In this document: positions 36,165 to 36,199 of the stretch, in pieces
Layout of the letters: each line of letters begins with the position of its first letter
Numbering within the stretch: the first letter of the stretch is position 1
Assembly: GCA_910592345.1 (NCBI GenBank)
Contig: CAJVPI010000300.1
Location: 1 to 36,199, forward strand
Source of the DNA: Paraglomus brasilianum
Lineage: Eukaryota
Length of the DNA: 36,199 nucleotides
Direction: 5' to 3'
The notes under the pieces: model-generated
The model's input: the letters and a program-made list of their open reading frames with translations, nothing else
Database searches by the model: none
Told to the model about the DNA's origin: nothing
Position numbers and translations under genes: made by a program

Positions 36165-36199
36165 CTAAACGTACATAATAATAACTCCTTAAATTTTCC

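Overview
This is AT-rich, intron-containing eukaryotic DNA from a Mucoromycota fungus, most likely an arbuscular-mycorrhizal (Glomeromycotina) lineage or a close relative. That assignment is inferred from LEWIP-type tyrosine-kinase-like relics, Sel1-repeat relics and short GT-AG introns. Conserved genes are an SGNH hydrolase, a FAR1/MULE-derived polyQ DNA-binding protein, TCTP/TMA19, MRT4, a secreted or membrane-anchored protein, THO2 and GTR2 (RagC/D). They are interspersed with pogo/Tigger-type transposon relics, a MITE, and Sel1 and kinase pseudogenes. The most striking locus is 517-5985. It holds two intact 9-exon genes arranged head-to-head that appear to be distant paralogues of a PD-(D/E)XK restriction-endonuclease-like family. 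The left gene keeps the predicted catalytic E and K; the right gene has L and H at those positions. Their 1.1 kb intergenic region is symmetric: a central ~39 bp inverted repeat is flanked on each side by a tandem pair of GC-rich elements. Each element folds on the sense strand of the adjacent gene, and differences between copies preserve base pairing. This may be an undescribed nuclease/pseudonuclease (toxin-antidote-like) module controlled by structured RNAs. All gene models were spliced by hand and no database searches were run.
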